Positions 16,915 to 17,246 of a stretch of 17,246 nucleotides of DNA are shown here, piece after piece. A model generated the notes under the pieces. That model was given only the letters and a program-made list of their open reading frames with translations. It did no database searches and was not told the origin of the DNA. The stretch's first letter is position 1; every line of letters starts with the position of its first letter. The translations under genes were made by a program, and so were the position numbers. This stretch comes from Candidatus Sumerlaeaceae bacterium (GTDB lineage Bacteria; Sumerlaeota; Sumerlaeia; Sumerlaeales; Sumerlaeaceae), in NCBI GenBank assembly GCA_051003195.1, contig JBPCLP010000040.1:1-17246 (forward strand), in the 5' to 3' direction.

Positions 16915-17113
16915 TCCGTAACATCAACTAAGCAGGACTCCTGAATCAAGTCTCGATATTCGGGAACTGAAACCAAGGGATGACAGACACTCAGTTAAGT
17001 TGTTAACACACAGCCGGGAAACAGCGGAAGCGGGAGTTCCAGGGACGTGGGCGACCGTCCCCTCTGCGACGCTCGACGATCAAACTTCTCACAGAAGGCT
17101 CTTAGCCCGCCCC

Positions 17114-17243
17114 TTACCACAGAGGCACAGAGACTCAGAGCTTTCACAGAGGAAAACACTTCTTCAATTTGTAAGGGTTCTTACCACGTTATGCACAATA
17201 AGCAACTCGGTGCATACTCTGTGTCTCTGTGCCTCTGTGGTAA
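17114..17243. repeat. Long inverted-repeat element built from CACAGAG units (REP/MITE-like)
   Basis: TTACCACAGAGGCACAGAGACTCAGAG (17114-17140) and CTCTGTGTCTCTGTGCCTCTGTGGTAA (17217-17243) are reverse complements at 26/27. A further unit pair (CACAGAG 17145-17151 / CTCGGTG 17206-17212) extends the arms around a 54-nt spacer. Confidence 0.85.
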
Positions 17244-17246
17244 AAT

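Noticed and set aside
2550..16944. Numerous short ORFs antisense to or nested in the long genes
   Set aside because: They are shadow ORFs expected at this GC content, and none shows a recognisable domain.
17114..17243. CRISPR array interpretation of the CACAGAG repeats
   Set aside because: The repeats are inverted arms, not direct repeats with regular unique spacers, and no cas genes are present in the window.

Overview
Bacterial window (taxon not determinable from the sequence; moderately GC-rich, about 55% by eye) with eight credible CDSs. One plus-strand gene encodes a polytopic membrane protein (GT-C glycosyltransferase-like) with a C-terminal TPR. Seven minus-strand genes follow, in transcription order: a YfhO-family membrane protein, a membrane-anchored beta-rich hypothetical protein, a secreted PGRP/Amidase_2-type N-acetylmuramoyl-L-alanine amidase, and a four-gene secreted carbohydrate-degradation cluster (GH36-like, GH28-like beta-helix, second GH36-like, and a large uncharacterised GH-like protein). 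The most unusual signal is intergenic. A 131-bp non-coding element (11342-11472) has 17-bp terminal inverted repeats, a 5-bp target duplication (ACGGT) and three REP-like internal hairpins, and it sits inside a ~31-bp palindromic repeat. A second, inverted copy (77/80 identical, including the same 15-bp flank) is cut by the window start, and an apparently unoccupied degenerate target palindrome lies at 2376-2409. The window ends in an unrelated 27-bp inverted-repeat pair of the CACAGAG type. No rRNA, tRNA, CRISPR array or transposase was recognised. All product calls come from motif recognition by eye, not database searches.
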